From: Bdellovibrionales bacterium
GTDB lineage: Bacteria; Bdellovibrionota; Bdellovibrionia; Bdellovibrionales; Bdellovibrionaceae
DNA: 49,412 bases
NCBI GenBank assembly: GCA_043728195.1
Contig: JAYTMU010000004.1
Location: forward strand, 1 to 49,412
Reading direction: 5' to 3'
Below the pieces are notes generated by a model, which did not search any database, was not told the origin of the DNA, and saw only the letters and a program-made list of their open reading frames with translations. Below, piece after piece: positions 29,197 to 39,801 of this stretch (positions are counted from its first letter, which is position 1; each line of letters opens with the position of its first letter). A program made the position numbers and the translations under genes.

Positions 29197-30144
29197 CTAA
29201 GCCTTCTGCGGCGACATGTTAAGCTTGTCCATAATTAAGATTAGTGGAGCGGCTACGTAAATAGAAGAGTATGTTCCAAAAAACACACCAATACAGATCG
29301 CAAATGCGATGTCTGAAACGACTCCACCAGCAAAAAGGTAAAGACACAATGCGGATACAAAAACTGTTCCTGAAGTGATCAGGGTTCGTACGAACATGTC
29401 ATTGATGGCTTTATTAATAATAAAACCTAATCCGCGACCTTTGTATGTCACTTCCATTTCACGAATGCGGTCAAAAACCACGATCGTGTCATTCAGTGAA
29501 TAACCAATTAGGGTTAACATTGCAGCTAGAATTGGAACGTTTACTTCCTTACCAACAAGAACAAAAATGGCCAATGTGATAATCACGTCATGCGCTAAAC
29601 AAACAACCGCGCCCGGCGAATATTTGTAATCAAACCGAATAGCTACGTAAATTAAAATGACCAGTAAACAATAGAAAACCGCTAGGAATCCGTTACGCTT
29701 TAGTTCAGCCCCAACTTGCGGACCAACACTATCAACGCGGCGGATATCGGGCCCTGCGCTTGCGAAATCTTTATTGATAACGTCACGAACTTTAACAATG
29801 GACGCATTTAGAAGTTCATTTGTTTCTTTGTCGGTTGCGGCTGCAGCCCCTTGAAAGCGAATAATGAATTCATTACCTTCACCGAAGGCCTGCACGCCGA
29901 TGTCACCTAGGCCAAGCGTCGATACGGATGTTCGCACCTGATCAATGCTAACTTGATCACGAAATTTAACTTGAATTTCAGTTCCGCCTTTAAAATCAAT
30001 GCCATAACTAATTCCACGAATAGCGATAAAAATTAAAGATGCAACGACAAGAATTAAAGAAATTCCGCCGAACAGTCCAATACGACCTACAAAATCAAAA
30101 CGACCGAAATTTGAGTTATCGTTTTCTGTTTTATTTCCTGACAT
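29197..30144 (-). CDS. secF: Protein translocase subunit SecF
   Basis: GIDFKGG, VGPQVG.EL, HD, GYSLNDTIVVFDRIRE, GTYSSIYVA; start 30144 or 30153. Confidence 0.96.
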   Translation of the reverse strand: MSGNKTENDNSNFGRFDFVGRIGLFGGISLILVVASLIFIAIRGISYGIDFKGGTEIQVKFRDQVSIDQVRTSVSTLGLGDIGVQAFGEGNEFIIRFQGAAAATDKETNELLNASIVKVRDVINKDFASAGPDIRRVDSVGPQVGAELKRNGFLAVFYCLLVILIYVAIRFDYKYSPGAVVCLAHDVIITLAIFVLVGKEVNVPILAAMLTLIGYSLNDTIVVFDRIREMEVTYKGRGLGFIINKAINDMFVRTLITSGTVFVSALCLYLFAGGVVSDIAFAICIGVFFGTYSSIYVAAPLILIMDKLNMSPQKA

Positions 30145-30154
30145 ATTTCCCATC

Positions 30155-31846
30155 CTACACCGAAATTTTCTGCACGCCAAAACGGTGCACTAAATTGTCT
30201 ACAATCACTTTTGAAACGAACACATTCGAAAATAAAGTTGTCACAATACCAATAAGTAACGTTACAGCAAAACCGCGAACTGGTCCGGTTCCAAAATAAA
30301 GCAGGATAATTGCAGTTGCAGCCACTGTAATATTTGAATCTAAAATAGCAGACATGGCTTTTGAATAGCCTTCAGCAACGGCTGCTTTGACTGTGGCGCC
30401 TTTATGAAATTCTTCTTTTATCCGTTCGTTAATTAGTACGTTTGCATCAACCGCAAAGCCCACCGTTAAAGCCATACCCGCAATTCCGGGTAAAGTCAGT
30501 GTTGCACCTAAAGACGCTAGTAATGCAAAGACACAGATAATATTAATGACCAAAGCAACGGTCGAAACGACACCCATTGATTTGTAATAAATAATCATAA
30601 ATAAGATAACTAAAATAGATCCAATGTAAGATGCGACCTTGGCGCGGTCTAAGGCATCACGGCCTAATGAAGGTCCAACCCGACGTTCTTCTAACTGCTC
30701 AAGTGCTGCTGGCAACGAGCCCGCGCGTAGTGCCGTCGAAATTAATTTGGCTTCGTTCATGGAATCATCACGACTGCCGCCTCTTCCTAAAGTGATAACG
30801 GCCTGTCCATTTGGAATTTTCGTATTAATTTTAGGCGCCGTTTTTACAACTTTATCTAAAACAACAGCCATTTGCTGGTTGATATGTTTTTCAGTTAGTT
30901 CACCAAATTTAACAGCTCCAACTGGATTAAACCGAATTGAAACTTCGGGTTCGCCGTACTGACCGAAGCCAACAGACGCATTATCCAAAAAATCACCGGT
31001 TAAATCTGTATCCGTTTTTAATAGATACGGAACAGAACCAACTTCCATCGATTTAGCATTTTCAGATTTTTCGAAATAAATAGCTGTTTTAGCAGGTAAC
31101 TTCGATTGCAAATCAGCGTTCAAACGGGTCACGTACTCGGTGTATTTAAGCGACGCCATAGTGTAGGTCCCCGCTTTTTCGGCCTCATCGATTAGCTTAC
31201 GCAATTCTTCTTGCGATTTCTCGTAGGATACGATCATAAAATCTAATTTTGCAGTTGTATTGATCAGCTGCTTTGCTTTTTCAGCGTCAGCCATTCCAGG
31301 AAGCTGTACCAAAATACGATCGGCACCTTGCTGCGTGATCGAAGGCTCGGCCACACCGAATTCATCAATACGGTTTCTTAAGGTTTCAATAGCTTGACGA
31401 ATTACGTTTTGCTTTTGTTCGATCAAAGTCGCATCGAAATATTTCAGTTCAACTTTTTCCGCGTTACTTGAAACAATTTGCAAATCTGTTGGGTATGCCT
31501 TTTGGATATAAGCTTCGACTTTTTTTGCGTCTTCAGTACTTGAAACCAAAACATTGAATTCACCAGCTTTGGCATTTTTCATGTCGAAGTCTTTAACGAC
31601 GACGCCTTCTTTTGCCACTTCGGATTTGATCACCTGGGTTTGTCTTAAAATTGTCGTTGCGACCACGCTGTCGACATCAACACCCATAACTAGATGTAAA
31701 CCACCTTGAATATCTAATCCGTAATTTAATTTTTTTGCTGGCCACCAGCCAACTTTATTGACGTCGACAAAATTTGGAACAATTAAAATTAAAGCTAAAA
31801 TGACACCAACAACTGCAATCCATGTGCGTGAGCGAATACCTTCCAT
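30155..31846 (-). CDS. secD: Protein translocase subunit SecD
   Basis: GLDIQGG, RIDEFGVAEP, VGPSLG, TLPGIAG, VDANVLINERIKEE. Confidence 0.96.
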   Translation of the reverse strand: MEGIRSRTWIAVVGVILALILIVPNFVDVNKVGWWPAKKLNYGLDIQGGLHLVMGVDVDSVVATTILRQTQVIKSEVAKEGVVVKDFDMKNAKAGEFNVLVSSTEDAKKVEAYIQKAYPTDLQIVSSNAEKVELKYFDATLIEQKQNVIRQAIETLRNRIDEFGVAEPSITQQGADRILVQLPGMADAEKAKQLINTTAKLDFMIVSYEKSQEELRKLIDEAEKAGTYTMASLKYTEYVTRLNADLQSKLPAKTAIYFEKSENAKSMEVGSVPYLLKTDTDLTGDFLDNASVGFGQYGEPEVSIRFNPVGAVKFGELTEKHINQQMAVVLDKVVKTAPKINTKIPNGQAVITLGRGGSRDDSMNEAKLISTALRAGSLPAALEQLEERRVGPSLGRDALDRAKVASYIGSILVILFMIIYYKSMGVVSTVALVINIICVFALLASLGATLTLPGIAGMALTVGFAVDANVLINERIKEEFHKGATVKAAVAEGYSKAMSAILDSNITVAATAIILLYFGTGPVRGFAVTLLIGIVTTLFSNVFVSKVIVDNLVHRFGVQKISV

Positions 31847-31848
31847 GA

Positions 31849-32241
31849 TTACTTTCCCTCTTTCTTATCTTGCAAAACTGCCTGCGACGTTACGACTTGT
31901 GCGCGCAAAACTTTGATCTGCACGTTGTTAGCAATTTCAAGCGTTGCCAATTTATCTGTTAAGGCAGCAATACGGCCTAAAATTCCTGAAGCAGTAATTA
32001 CTTGGTCCCCAACTTTTAGGCCCACTAAAAATGTTTGCGTTTCTTTTTGCTTTTTGGCTTGTGGCCGAATTAAGAAAAAATAAAACACGGTGATGATCAC
32101 GATGAATGGCACAAATTGCATCCATGCAGGCGCTGCGGGTTGGGCTGCTACGGCGGTGGTGGCTTCAGTAGCCTGTGCAAATACAGACTGATTTGCAAAA
32201 AGAAAAAAACTAGCGAACAAACTATATGAAAACAGATTCAT
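31849..32241 (-). CDS. yajC: Preprotein translocase subunit YajC
   Basis: FYFFLIRPQ.K, LKVGDQVIT..GI.G; position between tgt and secD. Confidence 0.93.
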   Translation of the reverse strand: MNLFSYSLFASFFLFANQSVFAQATEATTAVAAQPAAPAWMQFVPFIVIITVFYFFLIRPQAKKQKETQTFLVGLKVGDQVITASGILGRIAALTDKLATLEIANNVQIKVLRAQVVTSQAVLQDKKEGK

Positions 32242-32318
32242 GGTATTCCTTCCAAAACGGTGTCAAATTTGAAATGTCGAAACAAAATTGAACACTTAAA
32301 CGCATTTTTGATCAACTG

Positions 32319-33491
<1,173 letters not shown>

Positions 33492-33588
33492 TTATTTACT
33501 TCCTCAATCAGAATCGGTAGGTTTTTTAATATGCTAAAATTCACTCAAACCGCCTTACTGCTGGTCCTTTTTTCGTACACTAGGGCTT

Positions 33589-34218
33589 TTACTTACTCCG
33601 CAAAACAATTAAGTTGCCAGATTTAATCTCGGCTTTGTATTTCTGTGCGAACGTTTTTGCTGTAAAAAATCCGACATGGGTTGTGTCTCTGCGGTAAGCC
33701 CATGTAGAAAAATCGATAGCTGGTGTTAATAGCGAAGTCATAACAAAAATAACTCCATTTGGTTTTAGATAGGATGAAATATTCCTAAACACGTCAGCCG
33801 GTGCAAAAAGGTGTTCGGCAACTTCACATAAAATTACAAAGTCATAAGTATTAAGGTTCAGAACACTTTCATCGGCGTTAAAAAACGGATCATATTTTTT
33901 AACGTTGTAGTTTTCATTTGTTAATAAAAAGCTAATCGCAGAATCAACTCCTGCACCGTAATCTAAGCCCAGGCTGTCAGTGCTAAAATTTTGCGTGATC
34001 TGATTTTTTAGCGGCGTCACAAACGCTTGATAGCCAGGGTCACGCACATCGTTCTTGTGTGTTTCATAGCGCGCTTTTTCTGCAGCTGGGTTTATCCGAA
34101 AGCAAGGATCAAGAAAAAGGTAATCACACTGCTGACACTGATGATAGGTCAGTTTCGCTACCACCCGAGATATAATTTCACTTTCGTTACACCACAGGCA
34201 GATTATGGCTTGATCCAT
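33589..34218 (-). CDS. Class I SAM-dependent methyltransferase with N-terminal zinc ribbon
   Basis: CxxC...CxxC, E..RY..H.N, LDYGAG, YDPFF, EVAEH, W.YRRD.THV.F. Confidence 0.85.
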   Translation of the reverse strand: MDQAIICLWCNESEIISRVVAKLTYHQCQQCDYLFLDPCFRINPAAEKARYETHKNDVRDPGYQAFVTPLKNQITQNFSTDSLGLDYGAGVDSAISFLLTNENYNVKKYDPFFNADESVLNLNTYDFVILCEVAEHLFAPADVFRNISSYLKPNGVIFVMTSLLTPAIDFSTWAYRRDTTHVGFFTAKTFAQKYKAEIKSGNLIVLRSK

Positions 34219-35210
34219 ACGCTTAAATCCCCATAGCTAAACAATTTAAATTTCCGCGCGACCGCCCAACAATAATTATGTTTCACAGTTTTTAGGCCAG
34301 CAAAACCCGCCACCAAAGCAAGAAGTGTGGACTCGGGCTGATGAAAATTGGTCAGTAAGCGATCTACAATTTTAAATTCGCTTCCTTCTTGTAATAAAAT
34401 GTCGGTTGAACCGGTTAAAACTCCAGTACGTGCAACACTTTCCAAAACGCGAGTGGTGGTTGTGCCTAAGCTCCAAATCCCGCGACTATCTTTTTTAGCA
34501 TTGATAATTTTATCCCAATTCGCTTGGCTAATTTCATAAAACTCTTCATGCATGGTGTGGTCATTTAAATCCTCGGTTAAAACAGGTAAAAATGTTCCAA
34601 GTCCCACGTGTAAAACTAATTCTATTACCTGCACGTCCCGTGCTATAAGTTGCTGAATTTGCATTTTAGAAAAATGCAAACTTGCCGTTGGCGCTGCGAA
34701 GCTTCCGGCATCCTTTGCCCAGGCCGTTTGATACCAATTTGTATCTTCGGTTGTCGCATGACGATTGTTTCTTGCTTTTTGAATATATGGCGGAAGTGGC
34801 AGTTCTGCAAACTGATCAAAATCTTTTTGAGTGATAGCCGGAGTTATTTTTACCCTTTGAGGCCTGCCCTTTTCGATTAACTCTAAAGAAAATCCGCCTG
34901 GTAATGATACGTGTTCTCCAAGTTTTAATTTTTTCGATGGGAATAGAACGCTCCATTCATTTGCTTCTTTATTAACGCTTACCTGGTTTAAAAACAAAAT
35001 CTCAAGTTCACCCGCAAACACGCGACGCTTGATAACTTGGGTCGTATTGATTACAAAAACATCACCCGCAGGAATTTTTCTAATTAAATCGTCTAAGCTA
35101 ATTTCGACTGGCTCGAATGCTTTTTCCGCAAACATGACCCGCGTCGGTCGTGACGGAACCGTTGCAATAAGCTCTTCAGGAAAACTATAAGTTAAATCCG
35201 CACGCTTCAT
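34203..35210 (-). CDS. queA: SAM:tRNA ribosyltransferase-isomerase QueA
   Basis: PEELIA..P, PLPPYI, YQT, AAPTASLHF, LHVGLGTF, TNFHQP.STL, SYGD. Confidence 0.95.
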   Translation of the reverse strand: MKRADLTYSFPEELIATVPSRPTRVMFAEKAFEPVEISLDDLIRKIPAGDVFVINTTQVIKRRVFAGELEILFLNQVSVNKEANEWSVLFPSKKLKLGEHVSLPGGFSLELIEKGRPQRVKITPAITQKDFDQFAELPLPPYIQKARNNRHATTEDTNWYQTAWAKDAGSFAAPTASLHFSKMQIQQLIARDVQVIELVLHVGLGTFLPVLTEDLNDHTMHEEFYEISQANWDKIINAKKDSRGIWSLGTTTTRVLESVARTGVLTGSTDILLQEGSEFKIVDRLLTNFHQPESTLLALVAGFAGLKTVKHNYCWAVARKFKLFSYGDLSVWIKP

Positions 35211-35264
35211 GGGTATTTTAACTAGCATATGGTTATGCCATTTGCTAGCGTCGGACTGATAATT

Positions 35265-37004
35265 ATGAAACACACGACATGGTCCCGCATTTATTCAGTG
35301 GCCCGCCCCGAGCGCCGCACGCTTTTACTTGGGCTTTTCTTTTTGCTTTTATCAAGTGGCGCAGGGCTTGCGTATCCACAGTTGGTGCGCTGGATGGTTG
35401 ATCACGTGCTGCAACCAAAAAATTATGTGATGCTAAATAAAGTCGTGTTCGCCTTATTTGTAGCATTTATTTTTCAAGCGGTAACTTCTAGTGTTCGTTA
35501 TTATTTGTTTACACTAAGTGGCGAACGTATTGTCCTACGCCTACGCCAACGGCTTTACGAAACAATTTTAAAACAAGATGTTGCATTTTTTGATTTTAAC
35601 CGCACCGGCGAACTGATGAGTCGCCTAGCTTCAGACTGCACCACTTTACAAAATACGGTCAGTGTGAATGTGTCACAAGGACTTCGAAACTTAGGTCAAG
35701 TTATCGGTGGCTTTGGTTTTATGTTTTATACGTCGTGGAAATTATCGGCCATGATGTTAGTGCTAATTCCACCGGTGGCTTTGTCTGCAGCCCTTTTTGG
35801 AAAACGCATTCGTAAATTTTCAAAAGAATTTCAAGCAACTATTGCCGATGCCAGTATCGTTGCGGAAGAAACAATATCCGGCGTGCGCACGGTGAAATCT
35901 TTTGTGCAAGAAGTTGCTGAAACGTCCCGCTACAGAAATGCTTTAGAGCGCGCATTAACAACGGCGCAAAAGCGCATTCTTGCTATTGGCGAATTTATGA
36001 CCTTAGCCATGGTTATGGGCTTTACTGCTGTGTGTTTCGTACTTTGGTACGGCGGCCGCGAAGTGGTTTTGGACCGCATGACAATCGGAGACCTGACCCA
36101 ATTTCTTTTGTACTTGATGATTGTGGCTATTGGGGTCGGAAGTCTTGGCAGTCTTTGGGGGGACATCATGGCCGGCGTTGGCGCAAGCCAGCGGGTTTTT
36201 GAAATACTAGAGAAAGAAACTGTTAGCGCAGATAACGGCGTTACGATAGAAAATTTCCAGGGACAGATTGACTTTAAAAATGTCAATTTCAGTTACCCGA
36301 CACGTACCGATATTGCCGTACTTACTGATTTAACTTTTAGCGTGCTACCAGGTCAGGTTGTGGCACTTGTCGGCGGATCTGGCGGCGGTAAAACCACGAT
36401 TTCAAGCTTGGTCCCGCGTTTTTATGATCCGGCTGCGGGCGACGTTTTGTTAGATGGCGTGAATTTGAAAGATCTTAAACTCAGTTGGATTCGTGAACAG
36501 ATCGGAATTGTTTCACAAGAGCCCGTTTTAATTTCCAGTACAATCGAAGAAAATATCCGCTACGCTAGGCCAAGCGCTACTGACACGGATGTTCTTGCTG
36601 CTGCCATGTCGGCAAACGCTTTTGAATTTATCAATTCCTTCCCTGAAGGTTTTAAAACCCAAGTGGGTGAACGGGGTATTCAACTATCTGGCGGACAAAA
36701 ACAGCGCGTAGCAATTGCACGGGCCTTACTTAAAAATCCAAAAATATTAATTTTAGATGAAGCTACCAGTAATTTGGATACAGCTAGCGAATACTTAGTC
36801 CAAGAAGCTCTGCAACGCTTGATGAAAGGGCGCACCACTTTAGTAATTGCCCATAGGCTTGCAACGATCAAAGATGCCGATCAAATTTTTGTGCTTGATC
36901 ACGGAAAAATTGCGCAAACGGGGCACCATGAACAGCTTGCTAAGAACATACAAGGACTTTACTATCAGCTTTTACAAAGACAATTCATAACTGAAAAAAA
37001 TTAA
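35265..37004 (+). CDS. ABC exporter, fused TMD-NBD (ABCB/MsbA-like)
   Basis: FFD..RTGELMSRL, GGSGGGKT, LSGGQKQR, LDEATS, IAHRL. Confidence 0.92.
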   Translation: MKHTTWSRIYSVARPERRTLLLGLFFLLLSSGAGLAYPQLVRWMVDHVLQPKNYVMLNKVVFALFVAFIFQAVTSSVRYYLFTLSGERIVLRLRQRLYETILKQDVAFFDFNRTGELMSRLASDCTTLQNTVSVNVSQGLRNLGQVIGGFGFMFYTSWKLSAMMLVLIPPVALSAALFGKRIRKFSKEFQATIADASIVAEETISGVRTVKSFVQEVAETSRYRNALERALTTAQKRILAIGEFMTLAMVMGFTAVCFVLWYGGREVVLDRMTIGDLTQFLLYLMIVAIGVGSLGSLWGDIMAGVGASQRVFEILEKETVSADNGVTIENFQGQIDFKNVNFSYPTRTDIAVLTDLTFSVLPGQVVALVGGSGGGKTTISSLVPRFYDPAAGDVLLDGVNLKDLKLSWIREQIGIVSQEPVLISSTIEENIRYARPSATDTDVLAAAMSANAFEFINSFPEGFKTQVGERGIQLSGGQKQRVAIARALLKNPKILILDEATSNLDTASEYLVQEALQRLMKGRTTLVIAHRLATIKDADQIFVLDHGKIAQTGHHEQLAKNIQGLYYQLLQRQFITEKN

Positions 37005-37020
37005 CAAAGGATTTAAACCC

Positions 37021-37356
37021 ATGAGACCAATTTTAACCCCAGATAAAGTGAATGCAGAAGCGGCCAAAACGATTGCTGCGTTTCATTTGGATACCGTTCA
37101 CGAAATTGAAACCGCTATTAAAAATAACGAATGGGTTATCGTGGGTATGGCACACAACCCGGTAGTTAAAGGTGCTAAGAATTTCTTAGCTGAAAAGAAA
37201 ATTGCTTTTCATTATATTGGCCACGGCAATTACTTTTCTCAGTGGAAAAGACGCTTAGCAATTAAGTTGTGGAGCGGTTGGCCGACGTTTCCTCAGGTGT
37301 TTCACAAAGGTCAACTGATCGGCGGCTTCGAGGATTTAAAAAAATATCTTAAGTAA
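37021..37356 (+). CDS. Glutaredoxin-fold protein lacking cysteine
   Basis: SGWPTFPQVF..G.LIGG glutaredoxin signature; no Cys in the translation. Confidence 0.75.
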   Translation: MRPILTPDKVNAEAAKTIAAFHLDTVHEIETAIKNNEWVIVGMAHNPVVKGAKNFLAEKKIAFHYIGHGNYFSQWKRRLAIKLWSGWPTFPQVFHKGQLIGGFEDLKKYLK

Positions 37357-37379
37357 TTTTTTTTGGATTTGAAAACGTA

Positions 37380-37889
37380 TTAAAAATAGTATCTGATTCC
37401 TAACCCGCCCTGCACCACAACAGACGTTGCAGGGATAACACTAATTCCCGGAACAATTTCTACGAAAACTCCAATTGGTGGGTCAGCTGGCTGCCATTCT
37501 AATCCAAACGGAACACGCACGCCTAAACCGACCGAGCCTGATTTTTTCCCTAAATAATTATCGTTGTTGGAACGGTCGTTTGTCGTCACAACTAAATTTG
37601 CGCCAACACCCATGTAGAAATCAATGTTGGAAAAGAATGGATCGCTATTTTTAAATGGTCGTGGGTAATGCACAAGATAATCACCATAAAGTAGTACATA
37701 ATCGCTAAACGAAAAAGCAAGGCCACCGTCAATTGCAGCTTCGCGGCTTAACCAATACTTGCCGGTGATTGCCGTAGGGCCACCGACCACAACTCCTAAT
37801 CCGAATATTCCGTTAGTACGAGCATGCGCAAACTGCGTTGAAGTAAATACCAAAAAACCTAACACGGTCGAAAAAAATAATTTTTTCAT
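37380..37889 (-). CDS. Small outer-membrane beta-barrel protein
   Basis: Signal peptide ending AHA; amphipathic strands; C-terminal GIRYYF. Confidence 0.75.
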   Translation of the reverse strand: MKKLFFSTVLGFLVFTSTQFAHARTNGIFGLGVVVGGPTAITGKYWLSREAAIDGGLAFSFSDYVLLYGDYLVHYPRPFKNSDPFFSNIDFYMGVGANLVVTTNDRSNNDNYLGKKSGSVGLGVRVPFGLEWQPADPPIGVFVEIVPGISVIPATSVVVQGGLGIRYYF

Positions 37890-37911
37890 TTTAATTCCTT
37901 TTTTGTTAATT

Positions 37912-38808
37912 TTAACTCGCAACAGTTGTGAAGTAAATCTTTAATCTTCTTTTAAAATGAACCAATAAATTAGTTTCTAAATCGTCTAACAAGGCATTTA
38001 GCTTTCTTTCGTGCAGTCCCATTTTTTTTCGTATTGGGTCTGACAACGCACTTGCTACTAGGCTTACGACTGTTAACAGTGCACCAACTGTTAACGTGCT
38101 TAAAAATATTTGCGATGATGTCGGCTGCGGTGGAAACATGGTGTAAAAACTTGAACCGATCCCCTTACCTAGAAAAAATTGCGATGCCGCTTTATCTTTA
38201 GCCATGCGCCTGGCTAACCGGTCGCCAATACCTAATATACCAAGCGACTTATCACCAAAATACAGCCAACCGGCCGCTAAAGTCAGCAGTGATCCCGCTA
38301 GATCTGCGACAGATGCTCTGGACGACGAATAATTTTCAAGTACCTCACAAAATTCTAAATTAACCGGCAGTACAATTTCAGTTTCAGAAAAAAGAGTCTT
38401 TTTTAAAATTGGATGTGCGTGCATTATTTTTAGTAGCTCGTTTGCTTGTATGTCGCCATCGGAACTCCAACGCAAAAATTCGTTGGCAACAATAGTTTCA
38501 ATTTCCTTTTGATAACCCGTTTTAATACCAGAGGGAATTTTTGAAAAGTGTATCGTAAATTGCCGCCACCCCTGTTTATCCAAGGTTTCAATAATTTTTT
38601 TTAAAGTTAAGTACGGTATAGACCACAAACTATTTAACGGATTCGCAAACACGTCCCGCAAGAATGTTTGTTTCTGAATTGCAATAGTTTGCTGTAAGGA
38701 AAAGTGCCGCTTCACGAAAGGTATGATGTGTTCTTTACGATCAGCTATGTACTGATTGACACATTCTTCGAAAGCTACCGAAATTTGTGTCATATCATTA
38801 TTTTGCAT
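37912..38808 (-). CDS. Hypothetical membrane-associated protein (DUF6635-like)
   Basis: FV.RHFS, Y..SR, FFLG...G..FY..FP, DP....GLH.RKL pattern; family call from memory. Confidence 0.55.
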   Translation of the reverse strand: MQNNDMTQISVAFEECVNQYIADRKEHIIPFVKRHFSLQQTIAIQKQTFLRDVFANPLNSLWSIPYLTLKKIIETLDKQGWRQFTIHFSKIPSGIKTGYQKEIETIVANEFLRWSSDGDIQANELLKIMHAHPILKKTLFSETEIVLPVNLEFCEVLENYSSSRASVADLAGSLLTLAAGWLYFGDKSLGILGIGDRLARRMAKDKAASQFFLGKGIGSSFYTMFPPQPTSSQIFLSTLTVGALLTVVSLVASALSDPIRKKMGLHERKLNALLDDLETNLLVHFKRRLKIYFTTVAS

Positions 38809-38944
38809 TTTTTGTTCAGGCTCCAGGGGTAATGCTATGCTTACTCTCTGAAGCTGACAATCCGTAAGAAAACTAAAACTTAAATAATTTAGACAGGCAG
38901 TATTTTGCTACTAAAGCCTGGGTTCAACCAGGTGCTTTTTAAAC

Positions 38945-39634
38945 TTATTGACCTAAGCGGTATTTCTGAATTGCCTCTTCTGGCAAATTAACTTGAACAG
39001 GGTTTTTCGAATAGGCACAAAAAACGGAGTTTTTTCCGGTAACTTCATCGCCGCCTGCACGGCTTCCCGCTGGCTTTAGTGGACCCGTATTCATATTACC
39101 GAAGCCAATGCCGGCTATCAGCGTATCGTCAGACGCTTTTTTAGCATTTGTGTATATAATTTCTATAATGCCTTTAGTTGAGCTCCAAACTATTGGATTT
39201 CTTAATCCAAAATTATGATGCAGGTTTTTTTGAATATTTTTTTCAGCAATCGCACAAAGATCTCTGCCTAGTTCCTCCGAGTCAGTTCCTTCGAAAAGTC
39301 TTGAAGATAAATTGCTGACTAGCGTATACATTCCCTTTTGTGTAAAAGACTTCCCATTTTTTAAGGTACCTTCAAGACGAATGTTTTCCATGAACTGGCC
39401 ATCATAACGATAAACAGCACAATTCCCAGGAGTGCTTGCGTGCTGCCCACAATAGATAGTTTCGAAGAAAGCTAACGGACGAGCTTCCATAACCAGTCGG
39501 ACAGTTGCTAAATCAGAATAGGGGTCTGGAATTAAATTTTTTGAAATAGTTCTTGCTTGAGAAGTTGCTACAAAAAGGATTGCTGAAATAGCTAAAGCAA
39601 TTTTTGCAATTGAAGGTTTTAAAATTGTATTCAT
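38945..39634 (-). CDS. Secreted hypothetical protein
   Basis: Signal peptide ending SQA; 4 Cys; 229-aa ORF. Confidence 0.7.
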   Translation of the reverse strand: MNTILKPSIAKIALAISAILFVATSQARTISKNLIPDPYSDLATVRLVMEARPLAFFETIYCGQHASTPGNCAVYRYDGQFMENIRLEGTLKNGKSFTQKGMYTLVSNLSSRLFEGTDSEELGRDLCAIAEKNIQKNLHHNFGLRNPIVWSSTKGIIEIIYTNAKKASDDTLIAGIGFGNMNTGPLKPAGSRAGGDEVTGKNSVFCAYSKNPVQVNLPEEAIQKYRLGQ

Positions 39635-39801
39635 ATATTTATCTCGCTGTATAATCTGTGTGTGGGATAAATTTCCCTTTTTTACAGTTTACAACATCCT
39701 CATTGAAAGGGTTTTGCCAGAATGGTGCCTAACCTACTTGTAAGTAATTCGATATGAAGTCCTAAAGTGTTTAATGTTTTTTCAATTGGACACAATATTT
39801 G

